Source: an uncultured Chloroflexia bacterium (GTDB taxonomy: Bacteria > Chloroflexota > Anaerolineae > Anaerolineales > UBA4823). From it: a stretch of 64,000 nucleotides of DNA. Of this stretch, positions 1-9,844 are shown in pieces (within the stretch, counting starts at the first letter, position 1; the number at the start of each line of letters is the position of its first letter). The notes beneath the pieces were generated by a model that did no database searches, was not told the origin of the DNA, and worked only from the letters and a program-made list of their open reading frames with translations. The stretch spans positions 215,861-279,860 of the forward strand of contig CAVZGO010000007.1 of assembly GCA_963774935.1 (NCBI GenBank), in the 5' to 3' direction. A program made the position numbers and the translations under genes.

Positions 1-68
1 AAGCAATTCATCCACCGGTTTTCATCTGAACAAATTACAAACCTTTGAGCAAATAATAGGAGTGAATT

Positions 69-1595
69 ATGGCGATTATCCTGGATGGTTCTGGTCTCAC
101 GATTGAAAAGCTGGTGCGCATCGCCCGGGAGGGCGAGCCAGTAGAGCTGGCTCCGGCTGCAGTTGAGCGAATCATCACCTGCCGGTCAATGCTGGAAGAA
201 AAAATTCGTGCCCGTGAAATCATGTATGGCACCAATACTGGCATCGGTGAATTTTCCGAAATCGTCCTCAGTGATGAACAGGTACAGCAGTTTCAGCGCT
301 ACTTGATCTACAATCATGCCGCAGGAATCGGGGATCCAGTGCCCATCGAACAGGTGCGCGCCGCTATGGTTGGGCGTATCAATGTGCATGCGCACGGTAA
401 CTCCGGCTGCCGGCTGGAAATCACGCAGACCCTGGTGGAAATGCTGAACCGCGGTCTGACCCCGGTGGTTTGCCAGAAAGGCTCCGTAGGCGCCTGTGGC
501 GACCTGGCTCCGATGGCGCAGCTGGCGCTCTTGCTCATGGGCGAAGGCGAGGCTTTCTACCAGGGCGAGCGGCTGCCCGGGAATGTTGCTATGCAGCGCG
601 CGGGTATTCCGGTGCCAGACCTGATGGCGCGCGATGGACTGGCTGCCATCAACGGTTCCAACCTGCTCACCGCCATGAGCGCTTTGCAGATATACGATAT
701 GAATCGCTGGCTGAAACAGGCCGAAATCGCCTGCGCCATGAGCCTGGAAGCCCTGCTTGCGAATATGAAGCCCTATGATATCCGCCTGCACCAGCTGCGT
801 GGTTTTGCAGGCGCCATGCGCAGCGCCAAGGCAATTATGAAAATCGTCGCTGGCAGCGACCTGGTCACCGGTAAGCTAAAAACCAAGGTGCAGGATGCCT
901 ACTCAATGCGCTCCTCTCCACAGGTGATCGGCGCCGCGCACGACGCCCTGGCTTATGCCCGCCAGCAAGTGGAAATTGAGCTTAACGGTGTCGGCGACAA
1001 CCCCATCTTTCTGCCAGAGTACCGCCTGACCCTGACCGGCGCAAACTTTCAGGGCAGCCCGGTATCGCTGCCAATGGACATGGTTGGAGCAGCCATCACG
1101 ATGGTGTGCGTGCTTTCCGAACGGCGGCTGAACCGCCTGACCAACCCCGCCTTGAGCGTTGGACTGCCCGCCTTCCTGACAAAGGGCGCAGGGATGTTCT
1201 CCGGGCTGATGCTCAGCCAATATACCGCGGATATGCTGATCGTCGAACAGCGAATCCTATCGATGCCTGCCAGCATCCAGTCCATCCCGGCGGCGGCTGA
1301 TCAGGAGGATTTTGTCTCGATGGGCATGAACACGGCTCTGAAGAACGATCAAATCCTGGACAACGCCTATGGAATTTTAGGCATCGAGTTCATGGCAGCC
1401 GCCCAGGCTTTGGACTTCCGCGAATTTACCCCTGGTCACGGCACTCAGACCGCCCGTTCCGTCATTCGTAGATATGTCGAACACTTAGATGAAGACCGCC
1501 CGCTCTACCCGGATCACAATGTTATGAAAGCCCTGGTTAAATCCGGTGAGATCCTGGATGAGTTGGAAAGAGAAATCGGCAGCTTGCAAGAATAG
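69..1595 (+). CDS. MIO-dependent histidine/aromatic amino-acid ammonia-lyase family enzyme (HutH-like)
   Basis: 508-aa ORF with TAGGAG 7 nt upstream of the ATG. Family signatures are present: YGTNTGIG, GSVGA-C-GDLAPMA at the MIO-forming tripeptide, INGSN and QEDFVSMG. The N-H pair in YNHAAGIG resembles the HAL selectivity position. No hutU or hutI is nearby. Confidence 0.85.
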   Translation: MAIILDGSGLTIEKLVRIAREGEPVELAPAAVERIITCRSMLEEKIRAREIMYGTNTGIGEFSEIVLSDEQVQQFQRYLIYNHAAGIGDPVPIEQVRAAMVGRINVHAHGNSGCRLEITQTLVEMLNRGLTPVVCQKGSVGACGDLAPMAQLALLLMGEGEAFYQGERLPGNVAMQRAGIPVPDLMARDGLAAINGSNLLTAMSALQIYDMNRWLKQAEIACAMSLEALLANMKPYDIRLHQLRGFAGAMRSAKAIMKIVAGSDLVTGKLKTKVQDAYSMRSSPQVIGAAHDALAYARQQVEIELNGVGDNPIFLPEYRLTLTGANFQGSPVSLPMDMVGAAITMVCVLSERRLNRLTNPALSVGLPAFLTKGAGMFSGLMLSQYTADMLIVEQRILSMPASIQSIPAAADQEDFVSMGMNTALKNDQILDNAYGILGIEFMAAAQALDFREFTPGHGTQTARSVIRRYVEHLDEDRPLYPDHNVMKALVKSGEILDELEREIGSLQE

Positions 1596-1623
1596 GTTAT
1601 TTTGATTCTCAGAGCATTATGAT

Positions 1624-1660
1624 CAAAAAAATCGCCCCGAAGGAACTCGGGGCGATTTTT
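1624..1660. terminator. bidirectional intrinsic terminator between convergent genes
   Basis: An A-run is followed by an 8-bp GC stem CGCCCCGA/TCGGGGCG (1633-1640 / 1647-1654) with a 6-nt loop, then ATTTTT. It lies between the stops of 69..1595 (+) and 1676..2971 (-). Confidence 0.8.
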
Positions 1661-1675
1661 CGATTCACAGGTAAA

Positions 1676-2971
1676 TCAGTGGCCTTCTTTTTCGTATGGT
1701 ACACCGTCTGCCGCCGGCGGTGTGCTGCGCCCAACCACTCCTGCCAGGACGACAATCGTAATTACATACGGCAGCATCAACAGGAACTGCGATGGAATCT
1801 GGATACCCAGGATCGCAAGCTTAGAAGCCATGGAGTCAAAGAAGCCGAACAGCAGGCCAGCGCCAAATGAGCCAAACGGCATCCAGTTGCCGAAGATCAT
1901 CGCCGCCAGGGCAATAAAGCCACGCCCGGCTGTCATCCCTTCGTCGAAGCGCCCTACCGAGCCCAGGGTGAAATAGCTGCCAGCAAACCCGGCCATCGCT
2001 GCGCCGAGCAGCACCGCTACCCAGCGCGTCCGGATGACGTTGATGCCAAGGGTATCCGCGGCGCGCGGATGTTCGCCTACCGAGCGATGTCGCAGACCCC
2101 AACGGGTGTAGAACAGGGCAAACTGGATCAGGAATAAGAACAAAAACATCGCATAGATGTAGATATTGTTATTGAATAACAATGGGCCAAAGAAGGGTAT
2201 CTTCGCCAGTACCGGCAGATTAATCGGCGGAAAGATACCAGGATTATTCAAACCTTCATTAACCTGCAGGTATTTAGAAGAAAAGTAGGAAGTTAATCCC
2301 GCCGCCAGAATATTAATCACTGTGCCGGAAACGATCTGGTTTGACTTATAGGTGATGCTCAAGACGGCATGCACCACACCGAGGATCAAGCCAGCCGCGA
2401 CTCCAGCCGCCATGCCAACCCACATGTTTTGCGTTACGCTGCCGATAAACGCGGCGGTGAATGCACCCATCAGCATCATGCCTTCGATAGCGATATTCAC
2501 TACACCGGCTCGCTCACATAAGATTCCCGCCAGAGCACCAAGCGTGAGCGGCACGGCTTTAACCAGCGAGGTTTTCATCAGACCGCCCATATTCATTGAT
2601 TTTCCGGCTGCACCCCAGGTCAGGAAGGCGAACACGAACATGCCGGCGACAAGGAACAATATCAGGTTGGTCCGGGAGCGAAAACCGCCTTTTAGCACGG
2701 CTTGTAACACCGCCACGATCAGGGGGATCACGACCAGGATGTACAAAGTGAGGCGGGTGGGCAGAATCAAATCCGGAAAAGAAGTTTCAGAGCCGCTGGG
2801 TGTCATCACAAACTTGGTGGTCACGTCAGCGGCCACGGTGCGGGCAAACAGCCACCAGATAAGCGCGCCTAACCCGCCAAAGATCACCGCCATTGTGTAT
2901 TGGCGAACTGGTGAGACGTAATCAACATGCTGCCGCAAGGCTGTCGTTGGAGTAGTTGTACTAGTGGCCAT
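1676..2971 (-). CDS. ABC transporter permease, BMP/nucleoside (CUT2-type, YufQ/NupQ-like)
   Basis: 431-aa polytopic membrane ORF and the last gene of the BMP-SBP/ATPase/permease operon. Its ATG lies 4 nt after the upstream permease stop. Confidence 0.85.
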   Translation of the reverse strand: MATSTTTPTTALRQHVDYVSPVRQYTMAVIFGGLGALIWWLFARTVAADVTTKFVMTPSGSETSFPDLILPTRLTLYILVVIPLIVAVLQAVLKGGFRSRTNLILFLVAGMFVFAFLTWGAAGKSMNMGGLMKTSLVKAVPLTLGALAGILCERAGVVNIAIEGMMLMGAFTAAFIGSVTQNMWVGMAAGVAAGLILGVVHAVLSITYKSNQIVSGTVINILAAGLTSYFSSKYLQVNEGLNNPGIFPPINLPVLAKIPFFGPLLFNNNIYIYAMFLFLFLIQFALFYTRWGLRHRSVGEHPRAADTLGINVIRTRWVAVLLGAAMAGFAGSYFTLGSVGRFDEGMTAGRGFIALAAMIFGNWMPFGSFGAGLLFGFFDSMASKLAILGIQIPSQFLLMLPYVITIVVLAGVVGRSTPPAADGVPYEKEGH

Positions 2972-2974
2972 TGG

Positions 2975-4318
2975 TTATTTGCCTCCCCAACCACCGGCTA
3001 AGGTGACGCCCTTTGCTCCTTCAGCCCCCTTCAGCCGGTAAATTGTGCGGATAATCGCTGGAGCTGCGACAAATGCCAGGATGAGCGCTTGCAGGATCGA
3101 GACGATATCAATCGGGATGCCCGTTGCCAGCATCATGCTAGTCGCACCGCTGCGCATAAAGCCGAACAGCAAAGCCGCCAACACCACTCCAAAGGGGTGG
3201 GTTCCACCTAACAGTGCAATGGCGATGCTGTCAAAGCCATAGCCGGAAGAAAAACCCGGAGTAAGGGTGTAGTTCACACCAAGCACTTCGTTTCCACCTG
3301 CCATGCCGGCTAATGCGCCCGCAAATGCCATCGAGAGCGTCATCACCACCGACACTTTCATACCCGCGTAGCGTGAGGCATGCGGATTGGAGCCCACCGC
3401 CCGAAAATCAAAGCCCCACTTGGTCTTCCATAAGAACCAGTAGACCAGATAGGCCATTCCCAGCGCTACAAAAAAGCCCCAGTGCAAACGCAAGGGGTCT
3501 TCAAACAAACGTGGCAGCTTGGCTGATTCCTCCATGAATGGGCTGATCGGATTGGTCGATCCAGGGCGCTTCATCGGGCCATTGAGCAGCCATTCGCTCA
3601 AACGAAAGGCCGTGTAATTCAGCATGATTGTAGTAATCACCTCATGCGCGCCGGTCCGCGCCTTCAAGAAGCCGGGGATGAAACCCCACAGAAAGCCGCC
3701 CAAAGCGCTTGCCAGGAATGCAAGGGGAATGTGTATGAACCAGGGCAGTCCAGTGATCGCGTAGCCGATATAAGCTGCGAAGACCGCACCCAGAAAGATC
3801 TGGCCTTCCGCACCAATATTGAACATACCGGCGCGAAAAGCCAGCGCAACCGACAACCCGCCAAAAATATAAGGCACCGAAGTCGTCAGCCCTTCAGCAA
3901 TTGGGTAGAAAAACAGTCGCAGATAGGTAATATCACCAGTCTCAAAATATTTAGCCAGATTTGCCGGATCGCCAAGCGCTCCTTTCAGCCAGGCGCCATA
4001 CGTGGAAACAACAATGTCTACGGCTGTTTTTAGCCCTTCCCACAAAGAGACCTTCAAGGCTGCGTAAAATTCAGCGCTGGTTAAAACGATAAAGATTGCG
4101 CCTAAGATCAAACCAGTTAAGATAGCCAACAAAGGAATGAGAATGGTTTGGAAGATCCGCCGGCGGCGCGGAGCCGCCGATAAATCGGGCGCTAATTCCT
4201 GCATCAGTACCTGACCAGCATCCTTTTTCTCCTTCTGCGGAGCAGGCAGCGGAGCTGGCTGATCTGGGGCAGGTTGCTCAGGCGGGTTATTCACAGGAGA
4301 ATTCTGTTCATCGCTCAT
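2975..4318 (-). CDS. ABC transporter permease, BMP/nucleoside (YufP/NupP-like)
   Basis: 447-aa polytopic membrane ORF with a Pro/Gln-rich cytoplasmic N-terminus. It is paralogous in pattern to the downstream permease and sits in operon context. Confidence 0.85.
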   Translation of the reverse strand: MSDEQNSPVNNPPEQPAPDQPAPLPAPQKEKKDAGQVLMQELAPDLSAAPRRRRIFQTILIPLLAILTGLILGAIFIVLTSAEFYAALKVSLWEGLKTAVDIVVSTYGAWLKGALGDPANLAKYFETGDITYLRLFFYPIAEGLTTSVPYIFGGLSVALAFRAGMFNIGAEGQIFLGAVFAAYIGYAITGLPWFIHIPLAFLASALGGFLWGFIPGFLKARTGAHEVITTIMLNYTAFRLSEWLLNGPMKRPGSTNPISPFMEESAKLPRLFEDPLRLHWGFFVALGMAYLVYWFLWKTKWGFDFRAVGSNPHASRYAGMKVSVVMTLSMAFAGALAGMAGGNEVLGVNYTLTPGFSSGYGFDSIAIALLGGTHPFGVVLAALLFGFMRSGATSMMLATGIPIDIVSILQALILAFVAAPAIIRTIYRLKGAEGAKGVTLAGGWGGK

Positions 4319-4362
4319 GCGCGTATCACCTCTTGGTTAAGTCCGCTAGAAATTCACCCATT

Positions 4363-5883
4363 TCAGGCAGTTTCTGGATGGATACCTGCCATCAGCAGAC
4401 CCACGCCCTCTTTGGTAGCCCCTTGAGCCGGTAGGATGGCAATAATTTTGCCGCGATACATAACCGCAATCCGGTCCGCCAGGCCCATGACTTCGTCCAG
4501 CTCTGTTGAGACGAGTAGCACTGCACAGCCCTCGTCCCGTTTTTCAACAATGCGTCGATGGATATACTCAATCGAGCCGACATCCAGTCCACGCGTCGGT
4601 TGGGAGGCTACCAAAAATTTTATCGGTCGCGAGAACTCACGGGCAATAATCACCTTTTGCTGATTGCCGCCGGATAGAGAACCTGCTTCCACACTGGCAT
4701 TGGGGGTGCGAATGTCGAATTCGTTGATCAGCCGGTTGGCAGTTTCCTGGATTACCTTTTGCTGCAGCACCGGGCCTTTCGAGAAAGGCGCCTGGTAATA
4801 GGTGTTCATCACCAGGTTATCTGCAACCGAGAAAGCCAGCAGCAAACCATCCTGCTGCCGGTCCTCGGGTACATGCGCCGAGCCCAGCTCCGTAATCCGT
4901 CGCGGGGAGGCGCGGGTGATCTCATTGCCTAGTAGGCTGATTTTCCCAGACTGTGCCGTTCGCAGCCCGGTTAAAGCCTCGACCAGCTCCGTCTGCCCGT
5001 TTCCTTGCACACCAGCCACACCCAGGATCTCACCGCTGTGAACCTCAAATGAAATATCTTCTATAGCGATATTGTATAAATCATCCAAAACAGTCAGGTG
5101 ATCAACTTGCAGAACCGAATCGCCTGGCTTTGCATCTGTCTTTTCTACATCCAGGCGAACGGCGCGCCCAACCATCATCTCAGCTAGCTTCAGCTCATCG
5201 GCTTCCTCTGGTGTGGTCGAGCCGATCACTTTGCCGCGCCGAATTACCGTAATCCGATCCGCAATCTGAGTGACTTCTTTTAGCTTATGGGTGATGAAGA
5301 TGATCGATTTACCCCGTTCCACCAGGGCGCGCATGATGCGGAACAGACCTTCAATTTCCTGCGGCGTGAGCACCGCGGTGGGTTCATCGAGGATCAGAAT
5401 ATCGGCTTCACGATACAATAACTTAATAATTTCGACGCGCTGCTGGACACCAACCGGTAAGTCTCTAATATACGCGTTCGGGTTGACTTCGAGACTATAT
5501 TGTTCGGAGAGATGGTTAATTTTCGCCGACGCGCCGCGCCGGTCCAACACCTCTCCGTAGCGTACCGCTTCATCTCCAAGCATGACATTCTCGGTGACCG
5601 TAAAGACCGGCACCAGCATGAAATGCTGGTGAACCATACCCACACCAGCCGCAATAGAATCACGGGAAGAATGGACGATGATCGGCTTTCCCTTCACGAT
5701 GATTTCGCCTTCATCGGGCTGGTACAAGCCATATAATATATTCATCAGGGTGGTTTTGCCGGCTCCATTTTCCCCCAACAGGGCGTGTATCTCACCCTGC
5801 TCAACAGTCAGATCAATATGGTCATTGGCCAGCACGCCAGGAAAACTTTTCGTAATTCCGCGGAGTTCAAGTACAGGTGTCAT
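4363..5883 (-). CDS. ABC transporter ATP-binding protein with duplicated ATPase domains (CUT2 type)
   Basis: 506 aa. It carries Walker A GENGAGKTT, a degenerate first signature and a second signature LSGGNQQK, with two nucleotide-binding domains as in sugar/nucleoside importers. Confidence 0.9.
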   Translation of the reverse strand: MTPVLELRGITKSFPGVLANDHIDLTVEQGEIHALLGENGAGKTTLMNILYGLYQPDEGEIIVKGKPIIVHSSRDSIAAGVGMVHQHFMLVPVFTVTENVMLGDEAVRYGEVLDRRGASAKINHLSEQYSLEVNPNAYIRDLPVGVQQRVEIIKLLYREADILILDEPTAVLTPQEIEGLFRIMRALVERGKSIIFITHKLKEVTQIADRITVIRRGKVIGSTTPEEADELKLAEMMVGRAVRLDVEKTDAKPGDSVLQVDHLTVLDDLYNIAIEDISFEVHSGEILGVAGVQGNGQTELVEALTGLRTAQSGKISLLGNEITRASPRRITELGSAHVPEDRQQDGLLLAFSVADNLVMNTYYQAPFSKGPVLQQKVIQETANRLINEFDIRTPNASVEAGSLSGGNQQKVIIAREFSRPIKFLVASQPTRGLDVGSIEYIHRRIVEKRDEGCAVLLVSTELDEVMGLADRIAVMYRGKIIAILPAQGATKEGVGLLMAGIHPETA

Positions 5884-5911
5884 AGCTCTCTTTCCTTGGA
5901 AAATATTAGCA

Positions 5912-5940
5912 GATGGAGCTGGCAGTTAGCCAGCTCCATC
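5912..5940. promoter_or_regulatory. intercistronic stem-loop between the SBP gene and the ATPase gene
   Basis: Perfect 12-bp inverted repeat GATGGAGCTGGC/GCCAGCTCCATC with a 5-nt loop. On the minus strand it is followed by CTAATATTTT. The position is typical of attenuator or mRNA-stabilising hairpins after SBP genes. Confidence 0.55.
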
Positions 5941-5960
5941 CATCGTACGGTTGTTCGGTT

Positions 5961-8046
5961 TTATGGCATTGTCTGGACTGTGCCAGCAATGATGTCCTTG
6001 GTTAGCTGGTCAATCTCAGTCATGAGTTCAGCCGGAATCTTATCTTTCCAGGCCGAGCTGATGCCGAGACCTACACCACCGTTCTTCAGCGTGCCGAGGT
6101 AGTTCTCGCCAAAAAACTTGCCCTCGATCTCTGCACGGTAGGTGGCTTGCACAAAGGCATCCATGTTCTTTAAGACGCTGGACAGGATAAAGTCAGCCGA
6201 ATCCGGATACTTGACTGCCCAATCAGTGTCGACACCGATCAGCAAACCAGTGCCGCGCTCCTTCAGGACTGCCAAGGTGCCTTCGCCCACCGGGCCAGCA
6301 ACCGGCATGATGATATCGGCGCCTTCGTCCAACAGGCTCTCGCCCAGGCGGCGACCATCATCGGTGCTGTCAAAGTTGCCGGCGAACAGGCCGGTCTGCG
6401 TTTCCGGATCCCAGCCCAACACTTGCACAGTCGTGCCGTGCTTGTCGTTGTAGGCTTTCACGCCCATGGCGAAGCCATCCATGAAGGCGGTCACAGCGGG
6501 GAACTGAATGCCGCCGTAGGTGCCAACGATGCCAGTCTTGGTCATTCCCGCAGACAGGTAGCCATTCAGGAAGCCTGACTCGTTGACAGCATAGGCTGCT
6601 GCCGCGCACGTTCGGGATAACCGGGTCATAGGTCTGATCAACAATGGCGAAATGCTGCGTAGGATTGGCTTCTGCCGCAGCCTTGGTGGCGTCTGCCAAC
6701 AGGAAACCAACCGGAACGATGAGATTGCAGCCTTCCTGGATGAAGGCATTCAGGTTCTTCTCGTAATCGGTTTGCGCCTGGGATTCGAGATACTTGATCT
6801 CGCCGCCATACAGCGCTTGCGCATCCAGGAAGCCCTGCCAAGCGGTGGCGTTGAAGGACTTGTCATCGATACCGCCGGTATCAGTTACCTGGCAGCCTTT
6901 GAATCCTTCGGGCGCGGTAATCTTGGTCGGCGCTGAGGACAGCTTACCGGAGATGATGTCGTTCTTCAGCTGGTCCAGCTCGGCTAACATCTCGGCCGGG
7001 ATTTTGTCTGCCCAGGCTGAGCTGATGCCGATTCCCACGCCATCGTTCTCCAGCGTGCCCAGGTAGTTCTCACCCTGGAAAGTGCCATCCATGGCTTTCT
7101 GGATTGTATCCTTGACAAACACATCCATGTTCTTCAGAACGCTGGACAGGATGAACTCAGCCGAATCGGGATACTTGACTGCCCAATCAGTGTCCACACC
7201 GATCAGCAAACCAGTGCCGCGCTCCTTCAGGACTGCCAGGGTGCCTTCGCCCACCGGCCCAGCCACTGGCATGATTACGTCCGCGCCTTCGTCCAGCAGG
7301 CTCTCGCCCAGGCGGCGGCCATCATCGGTGCTGTCAAAGTTGCCCGCGAACAAGCCGGTCTGGCTGGTCGGATCCCAGCCCAACACTTGCACATCCGTGC
7401 CCTTCACCTGGTTGTAATGCTGTACGCCAGCATAGAAGCCATCCATGAAAGCGGTCACAGCGGGGAACTGAATGCCGCCGTAGGTGCCAACGATGCCAGT
7501 CTTGGACTCTGATGCAGCCAGGTAGCCATTCAGGAAACCAGACTGGTCGACGGCATAAGCGCTGCCGCGCACATTGGCGAGAGCAGGGTCATAGGTCTGG
7601 TCAACGATTGCAAACATTTGGTCCGGATTGGCTTCAGCCGCTGCCTTGGTGGCGTCTGCCAGCAAGAAACCGACTGGAATGATGATATCGCAGCCTTCTT
7701 GTACGAAGGCGTTGAGGTTCTTCTCATAATCGGTTTGAGCCTGCGATTCGAGGTATTTTCCATCGATGCCAAACTCGGCAACCGCATCCTGAACGCCCTT
7801 CCAGGCGGTGGCGTTGAAGGACTTGTCATCGATACCGCCAGTGTCCGTCACCTGGCAGGCCTTAAAAGTAACTTCAGGAGCTACTTCTTCGGTGGCAACC
7901 GGAGCCGCTGGCTCTTCGGTTGCCTCAACCACCGGAGCTGCTTCTTCAGTTACCTCTGCCGTCGGTGTCGCTGTCTGCCCGCAGGCTGCTAACAACATCG
8001 AAAAGACTAAAATTAAGGATAGAAAGGTAAAAATTTTCTTAGACAT
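5961..8046 (-). pseudogene. BMP-family (PnrA/TmpC/Med-like) lipoprotein with two tandem substrate-binding domains, reading frame broken by one extra base near 6597
   Basis: Signal peptide plus lipobox (LLAAC). Domain 1 is read in ORF 6370..8046. Domain 2 starts in the same ORF (FKGCQVTDTGGIDDKSFNATAW...) and continues in ORF 5961..6749 after NVRGS. Removing T6597 gives NVRGSAYAVNESGFLNGYL, exactly parallel to domain 1 NVRGSAYAVDQSGFLNGYL, and yields a continuous 694-aa protein. Confidence 0.85.
5964..7866 (-). repeat. tandem direct duplication inside the BMP gene (unit about 963 bp)
   Basis: Anchor ACCTGGCAG occurs at 6887 and 7850, an offset of 963. Anchor GTGCC(G/C)AGGTAGTTCTC occurs at 6091 and 7055, an offset of 964. 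Long stretches are near-identical, for example 6150-6400 versus 7114-7364. Confidence 0.9.
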
Positions 8047-8239
8047 TTTGGGTTTCTCCTCCTGAGAGAGTAAATTGGGGTGAATATCAATCGAATTTAA
8101 GCGATTTGGTTTGGGACGTCTTTTGATAACGGTTCTCCTCCTTTCACATCTGTAACCGTGGTTAGGTTAGTTTAGCACGAAATTAATCAGCCTACAATAT
8201 GTCAAATGGCACTTTTAAGACATTTATTTCCATTTTATG

Positions 8240-9307
8240 CTAGCGGCGTTCCCCACTGTTCGGATCCACACCGGTATCAATCAGACCGTCTGCCAGGTCC
8301 TGGCGCGTCTGTTCAGCCAGACGCTGACGACCCTGGCTGAGTAATTCTTCATTTACATTAGTAATCACAAGTGCTGAACTGACCGGTACAGTCTTGCTAC
8401 CTTGCAACATCATATTCAGGGATTCGACAACACTTGCCTGCCAGTCTTCGCTAACTGTGGCGATCCAGCTCCCTTCCAGACCTGCTGGCGGCTCCGTTCC
8501 TCCAATCAGGTACAGGCCTGCCTGTGCCAGATAGTTCAACAGCCAATCATCGCCAGCTCCGGGGTAGACGTATGCTGTCTGAACACCCTGGGCGATCAAC
8601 GCATCAGCGGCTGCCTGTTGCTCAGCCTGACCTGCACCGGGAGGGATTTCAACCGCAATCGGATACTGAACATAAGGCGGATAGGCTGGACGGCACAGAC
8701 CACAGAAGAACACCACCCCGTTTTGGAAGCCGTTCAGCGCAGCCTTTCCGTCCGTGCTGCCTGCCGGAGTGATTACACCTACACGCCAATCCACCGTCAC
8801 CAGGGCTGCGATGTAGCCTGCCAGAAATCCCTGCTGATCCGCTCTACCTCCCATACTTTCCAGCACAGTCAGGTTTTCGCTGGCTGCCAATCCAGGAATG
8901 CCCACCGCCAAAAAGTCTGTCGCTGGAGCAGATGCAGCCAGCTCTGCCAGTCCTGGATCGGGCGGCAAAGCCACCACCGCGCGCACATCCGGAGTCAGCC
9001 CATCTTGATTAAGCGCCTCGACCTGCTCGAATGCCAGACCATTTTGCTCTGCCACGCCAGACACCAGGTCCTGCAGCGCAGCAACCTTTTCAGCATCGGA
9101 GCCGGCAGGCGCAAACAGCACCAGACGCGCCTGGGGTGTAGGAGTCGGAACGCTGGTAGGTGTGGCAGCAACAGAAGCCACCGGTGATGTACCTGTCCCG
9201 GCTGGTGAGGGGCTGGCTGTTTGTCGATTCCCACAACCTGCGATGGCAAGTATGATAATTGCAACCATACCGGTTAGCAGGAGAATTATGAACCTTTTCA
9301 TTTTCAC
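8240..9307 (-). CDS. lipoprotein, divergent BMP / periplasmic-binding-protein type I-like
   Basis: Signal peptide with lipobox (LAIAGC) and a PT-rich linker. The core pattern ADQQGFLAGYIAALVT..WRVGVI...NGFQNGV resembles the BMP family. It is the first gene upstream of the BMP transporter operon. Confidence 0.6.
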   Translation of the reverse strand: MKMKRFIILLLTGMVAIIILAIAGCGNRQTASPSPAGTGTSPVASVAATPTSVPTPTPQARLVLFAPAGSDAEKVAALQDLVSGVAEQNGLAFEQVEALNQDGLTPDVRAVVALPPDPGLAELAASAPATDFLAVGIPGLAASENLTVLESMGGRADQQGFLAGYIAALVTVDWRVGVITPAGSTDGKAALNGFQNGVVFFCGLCRPAYPPYVQYPIAVEIPPGAGQAEQQAAADALIAQGVQTAYVYPGAGDDWLLNYLAQAGLYLIGGTEPPAGLEGSWIATVSEDWQASVVESLNMMLQGSKTVPVSSALVITNVNEELLSQGRQRLAEQTRQDLADGLIDTGVDPNSGERR

Positions 9308-9373
9308 GGAAGAAGCCTCCCAATAAAGTGGTCATATTTTACTAGAGAAGGGGTTTTCTTGTATAATTACCGC

Positions 9374-9844
9374 ATGATCGAATTGAATATCCCCGGACGT
9401 GGTATTTTACAATTAGAACACCTGGTAAGCGATGTCAATGGCACGCTGGCGATCGATGGTCAGCTGGTAGAGAACCTGCCCCGGTTGATTCGAGCGCTGC
9501 GCGACCGGCTCGAGATTCATCTGCTTACTGCTGACACGCATGGGCGCCAGGTGCATATCGATCAGCAGCTCGGCATCGAAGCGGTGCGCATCCAACCCGG
9601 CAATGAGGCGGAACAGAAAGCGGCGTATGTTCGCCGCCTGGGCGCGGATCGAGTGGCTGCCATCGGTCAGGGCGCTAATGATGCTGCGATGTTAAAAGAG
9701 GCTGGGCTGGGGATTTGCATTCTTTCGGCTGAAGGAACTGCTGTTGAAGCACTGCTCGCCAGCGACCTGGTCGTGCCGGATATCTACGCAGCCCTGGAAT
9801 TATTTGAAAAACCATTGCGAATTGTCGCTACTTTACGTAAATGA
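9374..9844 (+). CDS. HAD-superfamily hydrolase (soluble P-type-ATPase-like, COG4087-type)
   Basis: HAD motif III is present (GQGANDAAMLKEAGLGICI). The ATG at 9374 lies 6 nt after a TATAAT box (9362-9367), so the mRNA may be leaderless. The ORF track starts at TTG 9359. Confidence 0.7.
   Translation: MIELNIPGRGILQLEHLVSDVNGTLAIDGQLVENLPRLIRALRDRLEIHLLTADTHGRQVHIDQQLGIEAVRIQPGNEAEQKAAYVRRLGADRVAAIGQGANDAAMLKEAGLGICILSAEGTAVEALLASDLVVPDIYAALELFEKPLRIVATLRK

Noticed and set aside
8047-8135. In-frame upstream extension of the BMP lipoprotein gene behind a second AGGAGGAGAA box
   Set aside because: The frame is open, but it contains no ATG, GTG or TTG between the upstream TAA and ATG 8046. ATG 8046 has its own AGGAGGAGAA SD and is followed by a proper signal peptide.
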